Positions 34,066 through 46,240 of a DNA stretch of 46,284 nucleotides are shown piece after piece. Below the pieces are notes generated by a model. That model worked only from the letters and a program-made list of their open reading frames with translations. It did no database searches and was not told the origin of the DNA. The stretch covers positions 1 through 46,284 of the forward strand of contig FLMG01001075.1 in assembly GCA_900088475.1 (NCBI GenBank), read 5' to 3'. The DNA comes from Hyphochytrium catenoides. Its lineage: Eukaryota > Protista > Hyphochytriomycota. A program made the translations under genes and the position numbers. The first letter of the stretch is position 1; each line of letters begins with the position of its first letter.

Positions 34066-35553
34066 TTACTTGCTCTTCTGTTTGGTGTGCTCTGCGGCGG
34101 CATGGTCCGAGGAGGAGTCTATGACCCGCGAGCGTCTCATCGGACGAGAGAGGAAACTCTTGGCCACATCTGTGAATTGCCTCCATTCATTGCTGGCAAA
34201 CGCCTTGAGTCTAACAAAAAGAGAGAGGGAGGTTAGGGTCTTGAGTTTGCTCCATGTAGCCGTCTCTCTGTGCTTTGTCGGTCGAGCAAAGTGGATGTAC
34301 TCGCTCTGTCCCCATTTACTTCTCTTTAGAGCCTACAGCACCATCCTTCTGCCATAACCTAGAAGATCTTGTCGCTTACCGCCATCTAAGGTTTTTGATT
34401 TTCCCCTGTGCCCCTCCGCCCTCTATGGAGCTCATTCGATAGACTGTTGCCTCGGTGAGATCTTCTGCGTCCCACTGCACAGCTGTTATGACTTCTACGG
34501 CTCTATGTCCAGTCAGTCCTCTTTCTCCTTCGCTCTTCTTTCCCCCGCTGTTTACTCCCAAGCCGCCATGCAGGGTTTGCAGGGCAGCGACCGAGATGAA
34601 GTGCTCGCCGACGCTGAGGCAGAGAGTGTTACAAAGTATAGAGCGTTTTGTGGAACGAACGAGCGAGATACTAAGAGAGGTGGAGAACTGAGAAACGGAG
34701 GAAGAACTAAAAAGGAAAGGCGGAGAGTGCCCTTCCTACCGCAGAGTGTCTCCTTGGCTGATGTGTCCTTCCACGTCTCCTTCTATACTTGTGGGCAAGG
34801 CATAGACTGCCAGGTCGTGGCCCTAAGATGACAACAGTTCAGCCACACAGGCCGTATGACCAACGACGAGAGAGGAGAAGGGAGAGTAACAAGGGTTCTA
34901 AATGCGAGACCGGGGAAAAGAGAACAGGTGAGAAGACTGAGAACCTTCTTCAAGGTCAGAGTTCCGAGTAGCTTCTGGCCACCGTAGCGCTCTTGGTTGA
35001 CGATCTCTATCAGTTCATGCTCGCTCAGCTGGGGCTGTCTCTTCTTCTTCTTGTCTTTCTGTTCTTCCTCTCCTTGCGGTGATGGTGGAGTATCTGGCTG
35101 TGCTTCTTTCCTGGGTTGTCCTCCTCCTTGTTTTGCTTCTCCTTCTACTCGGACAGCAGCAAGTTTCTTCTTCATTTTCTCTCTCTCCCAAATGGGTAGC
35201 CTCTTCAGTGCTCTTTCTTCATAACCGTCCGTCTTCAGAGCCTTTGCTAAGCCAAAGACGTCCTTAACACGGTACAGGAGTGCTTCCTTTTCTTTTTTGT
35301 CCTTGCGTCTCTGGATTTCCTCTTCTCTTCGTTCCAGTCGGAAGTGGCGGAGTCGCTCCTTTAGTCCTTTTCTTTCTCTTTGACCCCTAAAGAGACGCTG
35401 AAGATGTGTTGCTGCTTTCTCCATTCTAGCCTAAATGATGGAGGATACGAACGATCGGAGTAAGAAAGCAAAATCAAGCAGAACGCGAGGAGAGTAGGAG
35501 AGAGAAGACGGAGAGGAGAGCGGAAGGAGAGTGAGAGTGTGAGAGAGAGAGAA

Positions 35554-35584
<31 letters not shown>

Positions 35585-38500
35585 AAGAGAGAGAGAGAAA
35601 GAGTCGAGATTGAAAATCGGACAGAGTGAGACATAGTACGGGCTGGACAAGGGGAGAGGGAGAAGGAGTGTGGAGAATCAAAGCTCTTACCTTCGTCTTT
35701 CTTTCCTCTCTCTCTCTTTCTCGTTCTCTGAGAGTCCTCCGGAGTCCTTGTATTTCTATTTCTCTCTCTTTCGTCCTTGCAGCTGCCTCCATTCTAAGAG
35801 AGAAGTGCTGGAGGAAGAGGCAGCGATGGCTAAGCTTATGTTCCTGGTGATGAGCGTCATCGAAGCAATCCTTGCAATATAACCTCCCTCTCTTTCCTCC
35901 TCTAGTCTCTTCTTCCCTGTGTGCAGAATGACCTGGGCTCCTCTCCTCGATTTGTTCCTTCTCCTTCACTGTCTTCCTGTCTCGCTCGTCTTGCATCTCA
36001 TGTCTCTCTTCCGTGGGGCAGTCGAGACATTTCCATCTTCCTGCCGTCTTCTTGCACGAGGAACAGGGGACGAGAATGGGCTCATACTGCTCGTAGCTTT
36101 CAGAAGGTAGATGTCGGTGATAGTTCTCGTAGCAATTGTCACAATACAAAGTGTTTGTCGATGGGGAAGAGAGAGAGTGATTTCTCTCTTCTGACGAGTC
36201 TCTTCCGTCCTCTCTGTCTCTCTTGTCAACAACGTATCGGCGGTCTCCTCTCTCTTCATTCGTCGTTATCTTCTCTGTCCGCCTTTTGCTGGCACACTGG
36301 ACCTTGCATTCCTGGCAGATGAGGATCAACTCAAAGCGATGGGAAGCGCGATTGCCCATAAGGTGCCTGTGAGTGCCCCAGTTCATTGACACACATTCGG
36401 GGCAACGAGAGTGAAAAATTGTTCAAAGGTCAACGAAGAGACAGAAGGAGACAGGAAAGGTGAAGGATAGAAGACATGGGAAGGGACAGAGCCAGTTTGA
36501 GGCTCATCTAAGAAAAAATGAGGGGAACTGGGGACAGAACAGAGCAAGAGGACACTCGGCAACAAAGAGAGATGCGCCAAACGGCGGAGATATAGAGAAG
36601 ACAGGACGAGACAGAGTCAGAGATGTATGTGGGGAGATGAGATGGGACGAAGGAATAGAGAAAAGAAGAAAGAGACCAGAAAAAGGGTACAGAGAAAGAG
36701 AATGAGAGAGATAGAGAATGAGAAAGACAGACAGAGAGAGGAAGGACGGGAGACAAGAGATAACGAAGAGACTGGAGAGAGCAAGAGAGAAGGATGCGTG
36801 GGTGACAGGTAAGGGAACCCGGAAAGAGACACAAACGTAGAAGAAAGGGAAAAGAGAGATGCTCAAACAGAAGAGGAAGACTGACATGAAGATGCGAGAG
36901 AGCGCGCTGTACGCTGGAAAGGAGAACCGTGAGAGATCCGCATTCAATGGTAAACTTCAAGAAAGGTAGGAGAGCTCGGCTCTTTACCTACCGAGTCTCA
37001 TAGCAATCGTCACAGTAGCTCTCAAGGCAGTCATGGCAGCTCTTCCTGGCTCTTTTTCTTTCTCTCTTCTGCCACTTTCTCTGCTCCTGATGCTCACAGT
37101 GCAGACAAAAAGCAATGTACTCTGACCCTGGAGCAGGTGGCCGGATCTCAATGTCAACATCCTCACTTCCTAGCAACTGAGGCTTGACCCTGAGCGAGAA
37201 CGCTTCATTCAGTGCTGGCACAGGTAGCTATTCCTGCTGCTATGTGAATCTCACACATCTCCTTCGCAGCTCCTTGCACTGCACTGTCTCTCTCTCTTCC
37301 TCTCTTTCCTCTCTCTCTTCCTTATCTTTTTTCCTCTCTCTCTCCCTCTCGTTCTCTCTCTCTCTCTCTCTCTCTTTCTCTTTCCTAACTTTCTTTCCGC
37401 CTCTCTTACTACGCTGCCCCGGACTCACCAGCTGGTCCAGCCTGTCTTCGGGTTAGTCCAGTAGGGATGTCCCGTGTCTCTGTCTAGGTATTTCCTCATA
37501 GTTTTCTTCATGATCCGCCGAATCAAGCGCCGCGCTACCTGGATTCGCCAGATAGACTGAATGACGCGGGCGGCAGCGAGCTATGGAAACATGGAAGTTG
37601 TCAGACAATGGGACCCATTCTCATTGACTACACTGGGCGATCAGGGTGAGAGAGCAGAGAGAGAGAGAGGGGCGTAGCCCGCGGAGAGTTGAAAAGGCAG
37701 AAGAACGCGAGAGAAGCCAAATACTGAGTGAGCAAGTGAGGAGCTGAGAGGGAGAAGGAGGAACCATGACCATGGCGAGAGAAACAATCAGAGAGAGGAA
37801 GGGCAGAAGGGAACGGCGCAAGTAGCATTCTTCACCTCTCTCTCTTCCTGAGTGATCTTGTACTTGTACCGCCTTGCCACAGAAGAGAGGCTCTGCTGCC
37901 CTCTCTCTCTCTTCATCAGCCTTACAATGAGTTTGGCAGCGGCGTTGAGTATGCCAATGACTCTGCTCTGGTGCGTCTTTCGAATGCTCTCCGCCCAAGT
38001 TCCTCTTAGAAGGCAGTCGACTAGAAGCTTCATAAGGCGAGCATCAGGTCCTTGTACCTGTTTACAGCCCAATTAGAGGTCACACGGAGCTAGAAAGAGA
38101 GACGGAACGCGCTTGAGATATTGAAGGTAGGAAAGACTAGGTGACTCGTAGAGAAATATTCAATCAATAATGGTCAGAAAGAGGCGGGAAGATACTAAGG
38201 AGACGACTATAGATTGTAATATCAGCGAACCGTAGAGAGAGGGAGGGAGAGAGAAGAGAGAGAGAAGAGAGAGAAAAAAAGAGAGAGAGCGAGAGAGAGA
38301 GCAGGTTGAAAGGAGGCTTAGAGCTGAGAATCGACCTCATGGAACTTGCTAGTCTTCGGAAAGCGTGCCTCTGCTACAAGCCGTAAAGCATGGACGAATT
38401 GCCTGTAGGACAGGCCCATACCTCCCGTCTCAGCCCTTCTGATTTCTTCTCCAGCTCGCTCTTTCTCCTTGCCAAGGTCTCCAGAAGAGTCAGAGGAGTG

Positions 38501-40086
38501 AGGAGAGGGAGAGAAGCGAGTTGCTTCCGCGAAGATTAGGTCAACTTGGGTCAAGGTGAGTTGTCTTCCTGTTCCCTCTCTCTCTCTCTCTTTCATCATC
38601 TTCCCGGCTGCTGCCACAGCTGCAGAGGGAGAGAGAAGAACTCCTGGAGAGGAAGAGAGCAGCTTGACAAAGCGCGACCCCGTCAGGAGCCTCGTTTTTT
38701 TCTTGACCTCCTTGAGGTCATGGAGCTCTGCCCACTGGCTAAAGATGGCGTAGAGCTCGCCTACACCAGCAGACGACAGTCAGGAAAGGAGAAGCGGAAA
38801 AGATTAGAGCTCCTGGAATAGAGAGAGTAAGAACTGGGACAATGGAAGGAAGGTAACAGTATGAGCAAACCGCAAGCAATGAGGGGAGAAGTGTGAGATA
38901 GAGAGAGAAAGACAGTTTCTTGGAATAACAGGGAAAGTAGTGGGGGAAGAAGGAGGCAGGGAACAGAACCGGCGTTGCGAGAGAGAGCATGGGTGCTGGC
39001 ACATTACACTCAGACAGAGAGAAAGACAGAGAGCATGGTGGGGGTAGGAAGAGAGAAAGAGGGCGAGGGAGAGAGAGAGAACACAGAGAGGGATAGAGCG
39101 TCTCTCGGAGACGGGGAGAAAAAGCGAAAGAGAGAGAGAGAGGCGGTAGCCTGTATAAAGAAGTCAAATCTGCAGACCGATATCCATTGAGGTTCCTCCT
39201 ATGCTTTTCCTTCCTGGAAACCCCGAGCTCAGAGAAAAACGAGCACTTTGAACAGATGGTCGGGAGGCGGTTGAGTTGGAGAGAGAGACAGAGCTAGGCT
39301 TGAAGCTTTGCTGTAAGAGCGTCCTCGAAAGACGCTGATGGATGAAGGAAAGCTGCTGCCTAGCAAACTCTCGCTTCTCCAGATCTCTCCTCCTGGCTTC
39401 GAGTCTCTCTCTGTTTCTCCTTGATCTGTATGCTCTTCGAAAGGCTCTCTAGCGGTTGCCCGGGCAGAAAAGAGAAGTTAGCAAGGCCAAGAAGACGGAA
39501 CGTAGTGGAAAGGGGCGGAGATGAAGCGTACGATCAGCTCGGTAAGCGATGGGTTAGCATCTCATGGGCAAGAGGAGTGAAAGAGAAGGATCCAAGTCAA
39601 GGGACAACTATGTAGAGAGAAAACAAGATGTAGAGAGAAGAGCGATAGAGAGACAGAGAATAGCCGTAGCGCGCGAGAGCATCGCCGAGAGAGAAGGAAA
39701 AAGAGATAGGGCCTTAATGCGTATACAGAGAGAGATGGAGAGACAGAGAGAGAAACTGAGAGATAAAGTAGGAGCCAGAGACTGACCTGCATGGTGGCTA
39801 TTGCCTTTCTTTCCTTGCGATGTCTGTCTATCATGGCTCGAAATCTCCTTCTCTGAATGGCTCCTTTGATGACTCTGTTTATCTGAAGAGAGCAGTAGAA
39901 TAGGGCACGAGCTTTGTTGTCTCTTTCTACTTCCTTTCTCCTCTTTCTTTCTAGGAAGAGCGAGCTTATCTTCCTCTTCGCCACGTCCTTTCGATTGTCA
40001 AACCTACAGCGGAACTGCCGGCATAGCGGGAGAATGCGAGGGATTTTTGGAACGATTAGTCAAAGGGATGAAAGGGAGAGAGAGAA

Positions 40087-40117
<31 letters not shown>

Positions 40118-40122
40118 CACAC

Positions 40123-40153
<31 letters not shown>

Positions 40154-43100
40154 GAAAGAGAGAAAGAGCGAGAGAAAACTAGAGCGCGGGGAAGAGAGTG
40201 TGGGACAATGAGCACTCAGACGGGCTGAACAACGGGGAGACAGGGTACTGGGAGGCATAGATAAGAGGAGATACGTCGGCTGCCGGTGGCAGATGGATTC
40301 ACCTAAACAAGCAAAGGAAAGGCAACAAGAGAGAGAAGCCGACGGCGGCGCGGGATACAAGGGGAGAACTACGTCTACCTTGTAGCTCTTGTATGCCCTG
40401 ATAATAGTCCTAGCCGCCTTCTCTCTCTTTATTCTCTCGCCCTCAAGCTTCGCACTTTCTTCTTCTTCTCGTCTCTTCATAAGTCTCTTCCTTCCCCTGT
40501 GCCCTCTCCACAGCTTCTGAATAGTCACTGCTGCTCTCTCTTTTTGAGAGGAAGAGCTGTGAAGTAGGCGATAGAGGCCATGGCGAAGTGCTTTACCAGG
40601 AGAGCGAGGAGGGGTCATCGAGAGCAGAGATGGAAGGCGGGAGACCACTTGCTCGCCCTCTTGTCTCGTTCGCTGCAGCAGGGAGAGGACCGTCTGAAGA
40701 AAAGAAAGAATCTCAGCTTCGTCTGAATAGAGAAGAAAGACGACCCACAGAGAGAGACAGAGAAAGGGAGAGAGATCGTACCCAGAGACAGGTGCTAAGA
40801 CTCGAATACGGGAGAAAGACAGGCAGCATTTGGAAGAGAGAATAGTGGCAAGACACATTGACCGAAGACCTGAGGGCCTCGTGGTGTGAGAGAAGAGAGA
40901 GAGACAGAGAGGGAGACAGAGAGAAGAGAGAGACACGGAGAGACAGAGAGCTGGGGGGTGAGGGACGAGGAAAGAGAAAGAGGAGAAAGAGGCCGGAGGG
41001 AGGAAAAGAGAACGGGAGAGAGAGAGAGAAGAGCGGGGGAAAGAGAGAGCGGGAGAGAGAGAGAGAGAGAGACAGCGGGAGGAGAGAGGAATCGCAGAAA
41101 GAGGAAACTCGACTTTAACAGTTATACGGGAAAGAGATACTGATAGGTTGCTTGCTTCTGGCCACGGACAGAAGAAAGTGATAGAGATGTCGGGAGTAAG
41201 GTTAGAACACCTTCTTCTCTTCCGTCTTCTCTCCTTTAGAGTGTTCTCTTGTAGGAGCTTGGAAGCTGACTCGTTCTGGGTCTTGTGCAGAAGCCACTTG
41301 AGCGGGTTCTTCTGCATCGAAAGATAGAAGGAAGGTGAAGCACCAAGAATAAAGGAGACAAACATAGAGGCAGGTGCGTGAGGAGAAGAGAGGGAAAAGA
41401 GAGAGAGATTGATAGAGACCAGGAACTAGAGAGAGAGGGAGAGAGAGAGAGAGAAGATGGGGAAAGAGAGAGAGTGCGCCCGAGAGAGAGACACACCAGA
41501 GACCGAGAGAGAATGTGGGAAAAAACGGAAAGAAACCTTGACGTTCTTGCTTTCGTCCTATGGCAGCACTGGAGATGACGACTCCCAGAAAGTGTGAGTC
41601 TACAAAGCTCGCAAGCCTCTTTCGTCTAACGACCATAGAGCTTCGAAACCTGCTGACCCAACCGCAGGAAGACAGTGAGAGGATATGACAATGCGAAGGC
41701 AAAGTTGTAATGCAAAAAGAGAACAATGCGAAGAGAAAGGACAGTACGGGGAGAAGGAGAGGAAAGAGACAGCGAGAGGAGAACTATCTCGAGGTGAGAG
41801 AGTATTCCTGGTGGAATGGGGCTAAGGAAAAGATGAAGGGATAATCTGCCAAAACAGCGATGGCCTTCTTCAGCCAAATTCTCTCAGAAGCTGGTGAATG
41901 AGCTCAGACGTCTTCCATGACATATGACGATGACTCTCAGACGACTAGACTTTTTCTCTCTTCTTCTACTACTCTCTCTCTTCTACTACCCTCTCTCTTC
42001 TAATCTATTCTCTCCGCTATCCTCTCTCTTTCTCTTTCTCGTTCTTTCTTTCTCTCTCTCTCTCTCTGTCTCGCTACTCCCTTTTCGACGGACCTAGAAG
42101 TTGTCGTACCTATAGATAGAGAAGGCTCTTCCGATTACTTTCTTGGCATGTCTTCTCTTAAGCCAGGCAGCATTGATTGCGAGCCTTCTCTTCCTCACTC
42201 TCCAACCTGCCTGGATGACCCCTGCCGCACCCTCTCTCACAAACATCTCGTCCTGAAGCCGGAGTCTAAAGATAACAACGAAAGGTAGGAAAGAGGAAGA
42301 GAAAGCGCAGATGAAGAGGGAGAGAGAATGTAAGAGGAGAGCCATCGAAGGAGACAGAGAAACAACAAGCATTGAAAGACTTCTAGAAATAGTCCCCTGG
42401 TGCACACGGGCTTGAAGAGCAGTCATATACCGAAGGTAGTCGAAGCGAGCTGTGTGTGCGAGAGAGAGAGAGAAGAGGCTTACCTTTCCTCTTCTTCTTC
42501 CTCTCTTTTTCTGAGCTTCTTGAGCTTTTCTCTAAGCGCTCTTATTCCTCTCCTTTTTTCTCTCAACTGCTGCCTCACAAGTCCCACAGCCAGCTTGTTC
42601 CACTTTGTCCCCAAGACTCTGAGCCTTAAACCTCGGATGAGGAAGACATAGGAACGGACCCAGCGCTGTAGTCGCGAGGCGGCGGATCTTTCTCTTTGAA
42701 GAAGAACAAGAGTCAAACAAGCGAGGTGCTTTCGATAGAAGCACTGGATAGTCAGAGCAGCTTGGGATCGTCTTTGAACTGTGGCTTCTACTACCTAGAG
42801 AGTTGAGCAGGGATATAAGACAGAGGGCGAAGCCTTAGAGGCTGCTCACTGACTACTCATTATGTGAGCCATGGGATAACTGGCCGATATGCGTATGAGA
42901 AGACACGACTGAAGCAGAATTGTCCTCGTCCAAACATGGACATCAAGGCTACCATGCAAACACTGCAAGGTCCAGAGACAGGTAGATAGTAACATAGATA
43001 TAGCGAATGAAGACAGAGGGAGAGAGAGAGTGGAGAAAGAGAGATATGGCTCTCAAACATAGGAGGAAGGCAAAGGAGCCAGAGAGACATGCATGACAAG

Positions 43101-44997
43101 GTTAGCTATAACCAGAGAGGAGAAAGGAGAAAGAATACGCATAATTCCTAGTTGTGCCATAGCATCTAAAGGAGAGGAAAGAGAGAGAGAGGGGACATCT
43201 TTTTGTGCTGAGAGAGGAGAGGATCAGGCTTATACCTCGTACGCTGCCTCTTCCGCCTGCTTCCTGAATAGCTTCCTAAGACGGAGCTGCCTCTTTCCGA
43301 GATATTGTGTTCCCAGGCGTATTATCAACTCAGCAGCAGCCTTCTCCTCTGTCCTCCTTAAACGATTAGTCCAATCCTAGAAGAAGGCGGAAAAAAAGGA
43401 AGTGAGCGTGGGACCGTCCAGGGCAGTGATGGCTAGAGGAGAAGGAAGTGAGGCGTTTGTCAAGGCGCTATGAATTTCTGCTGATGCATGTTTCTCTCTC
43501 TGTCTTCTTNNNNNNNNNNNNNNNNNNNNNNNNNNNNNNNNNNNNTCTCTCTCTCTCTCTCTCTCTCACTCTGGCTTTTCTCTCTCTCTTAGAGCACTAC
43601 CACTCTTTTAAGGGGCGGCCTAGGAAAGAGGAAAGAAGAAGAGAACAACGAAAACATGTCTTTCTCTCTTTCCCTCTCTCTCTCTATGAATTGATTCTCT
43701 TTCTCTATCTTTCTTCATTCCTCCCAGTCGCTCTGTCAGAAGACCTAGAGAGTGTTACCTTCCACTGAAGGAAGCTTCTCTCCACAGTCCTATTCTTATA
43801 AGCCTCCAGCACACCCGCTAGTCTTTCCGCTGCTGTTTCCACACGGAAGAGTCGATACTTCAGCAGCAGCGAGAGATCTATCTCTCTTAGAGCTTGGGAA
43901 GCCTCTTGAGCGATAAGCCCCATCAACTCCTCCTTCCGCCGTGTCGATTGAGCTATCTCTCCCTTCAGCGACGAGACGATGTCCTTGCAATCCTTCTCCT
44001 CTGTGGCTTTTGCCTCACTGGAGCTGGAAGGATAGAGAGTAGAGGCCGCAGTTCTAATGGGAGAGATGGACAGAGGTGGCCTCGGTCGCCTTTCTAGGGA
44101 AGGTGATGGCCCTGGAAGAGCAGGAGGAGCGAGCAAACACGTTGTGTCCGTGGCAGCAACCCCAGGCTCAGCTGAGGAAGGCATCAGGCGCCTCCAAGAA
44201 CCACATTGATTACCTTCGCCGGAAGACTGCTGCAGAGCCTAATAGAAGACAGATGATGTGACAGTCAGACGTATTGCAAGGAAGAAAGAACTCAAGCAGA
44301 AGAGTGGTGACAGCTAGATGGACTAAGTAGTGGAGCGATAGTCGGCGCACGTTACCTTCTTCTTCTTTAAGCGCTTCTTTTCAAGAAGTAGAGAAGGATA
44401 GAGTCTGTTCAGGCCAGAGTCCGTATGCGCGGCGTCTAAGAGTCTGTCTATCCTTCTCTGCATTTCAATAGCATTAGCGGTGTCACGATCGCCGTCACCC
44501 AGACCGAGAAGCTTGGCTGTGTTCCTCTGTGAAGAACTGAGGGTTGAGATCAGAGGCAGCTGTAAGCGTGGTAAAGAGTTTCCTACTGCTTCCTCTTCGC
44601 CTTCTTCGCCAAGTGCTGCCTTCCGTTCTCGATCTTCTTCTTCCTGGTCTTCGACCTTAGTTTTTAACGAAGTAAAATATCTATCCTTTCCTTCATGGAT
44701 CCTAGTTCCGGACGTCTCCCGTTCGACCGCGCTTTGTCTCTTGCTGTCTCTACCCTGTGCATCGTTTCGGGGCTTCACCTGCTCGTCGCCCAGCAACTCT
44801 TTTATGACGTTTTCTCTATGAAGGAAGGCAGTCAAAGGACTGGGAAGCCGATGTTCCACTGCTTCTTCATTTGCCTTCGTAGCGCTCAAGCAGTGCCTGT
44901 TAATAGGTGGAGACCCCATGATCGGGGAAGCAGGTGGACGTGAGTGTGAGTTGCTCCTCACCGTGCTGTCCATCCTTCTTCCATCATATGCAGCCAT
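34066..44997 (-). CDS. Multidomain protein: many IQ motifs + p25alpha (TPPP-like) domain + WW + about three B-box-type zinc fingers, about 19 exons
   Basis: IQ motifs IQCFYRK, LQRWVRS, IQAGWRV, IQKLWRGHRGRK, IQSIWRI, LQRLFRGQRERK. p25alpha-like exon ~38760-38335 (ELYAIFSQW...GSRFVKLL...LTLTQVDLIFAEA...LSYRQFVHALRLVAEARFP). WW KYLDRDTGHPYWTNPKTGWTSWVKP. B-box-like CLHC...CHDCLESYCDDCY..RH....SH, CQEC...LYCDNCYENYH, CSSC...CLDC...LYCKDCFDDAHH...SH. Some central junctions are ambiguous. Confidence 0.85.
43510..43545. other. Assembly gap (Ns) inside a CT-repeat intron
   Basis: Run of N flanked by CT repeats. Confidence 0.99.
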
Positions 44998-45101
44998 GGC
45001 AGAAGGTGCATACGGTGAGAACCAGAGGTTGACGTGACCACGAGTAAGAAGGATCTATTGCCTGCTCCTATTTTGTGCATCGTCCTTGTTGAGAAGAAGG
45101 A

Positions 45102-45345
45102 TCATTTCTCTTCACTCCTCGGGCCGTTGGACTTGCCCAAGCACTGAGATCCTCCTACGCCGCGGTTGGTGGCGCGATCCTGTAAAGAGTAGGATCCCAT
45201 CCGTGAACCAAGCGACTGAGACATGGGCAACGCTTTGCCGCCGTCGTGGTTCGTTTTGCTAGCTAACCTCGTCTCTTGCAGCACAGCATAGTCAGTCTTC
45301 TCTTTTTGAATTTGAGTTATGAGGAGGCTCATTACCATCTTGCTG
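45102..45345 (-). mobile_element. Fragment of an APE-type endonuclease of a non-LTR retrotransposon
   Basis: LLITQIQKEKTDYAVLQETRL...YSLQDRATNRGVGG matches the N-terminal D-x-x-x-LQETR...GVG pattern of LINE/RTE endonucleases. It is truncated and no RT follows. Confidence 0.5.
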
Positions 45346-45699
45346 CTTCCCTCACCCCTACTCCAATGCCTTTTGGCAACTGATGACGGTCATACCGCCG
45401 GCGCCTGATGCTGCAGCTTTCCGGCAGATGAATAGGATGGACGAGGGTGACAAAGGCGATGATTATGATCCTGCGATGAGTGTCACCTAAAGAATATCGG
45501 AGGAAACGAACAGAAGAAAGCTGGGATACTAGCGGAGCGGTTAGAAGAAGAAGAGAAGAAAGAACAGAGAGAGGACGGAGGAGGACAAATACGTGGTGCG
45601 ATGAGGCTGAAGGGCACTGGCTGCTGCTGGCCACGCCCCGAGAAGAAGAAGGAATGACGAGGGAAGGTGCCAAGGTTTGACCAACGAGCAACGGCACCG

Positions 45700-45960
45700 C
45701 AGCAGCCCAGCAGCACCAGCAGCAGCACTAGCAGCACTAGCAGCACCAAAAGCACTAGCAGCACTAGCAGCGCCAGCAGCCTCAGCAGCACCAGCAGCAC
45801 CAGCAGCACTAACAGCACCACCAGCACCACCAGCACCAGCTCACCAGCAGCACCAGCAGCACTAGCAGCATCAGCAGCACCAGCCACACAAGCAGCACCA
45901 GCAGCACTAGCCGCACCAGCGCCAGCCGCACCAGCACCAGCCGCACCAGCACCAGCTGCG
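45700..45960. repeat. Degenerate 9-bp minisatellite (CAGCACCAG / CAGCACTAG)
   Basis: Directly visible tandem array; it produces the low-complexity ORFs (APA/STS/AGA/LVL) in the track. Confidence 0.9.
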
Positions 45961-46240
45961 GCGTCGGCGGCGCCGGCATGATGGCGATGATCCATGAAGT
46001 TTCTTCAACCCCCAGAGAGGCGAAACTGTAGTGAGGAGAACTAGTAATCACAGAGTTTGTCTCTCAGTTACTCCTAGCTGGTATAAATCCCTTTTGTTAT
46101 CGGTCATGAGCCGAGCCCTAAACATAACCGTTAGCGGGATATATTCTACCTCCTGCTTTATAACACAGGAGATTCTCTCTTGTGTCCAATTTTTGCCAAC
46201 CCTCATTCATGATACATCCTCTGCATTGTGGCTTTCTTGG

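Noticed and set aside
2526-43760. Introner-type repeated introns
   Set aside because: Beyond shared CT/AG low complexity I saw no intron pairs with specific sequence similarity; an all-versus-all alignment would be needed to exclude this fully.
6400-43800. Dozens of ORFs rich in SLSLSL or RERERE in the ORF track
   Set aside because: They are translations of intronic (CT)n/(AG)n tracts, which lack stop codons; they are not genes.
2428-44997. Stop-codon reassignment or non-canonical introns, prompted by the many TAG triplets
   Set aside because: All six genes can be assembled with the standard code and GT-AG introns (one GC-AG) without in-frame stops.
45667-45995. Ala/Pro-, Ser/Thr- or Leu/Val-rich ORFs, and a possible CRISPR-like array
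   Set aside because: Simple 9-bp tandem repeat with no unique spacers; open in most frames because of its composition.
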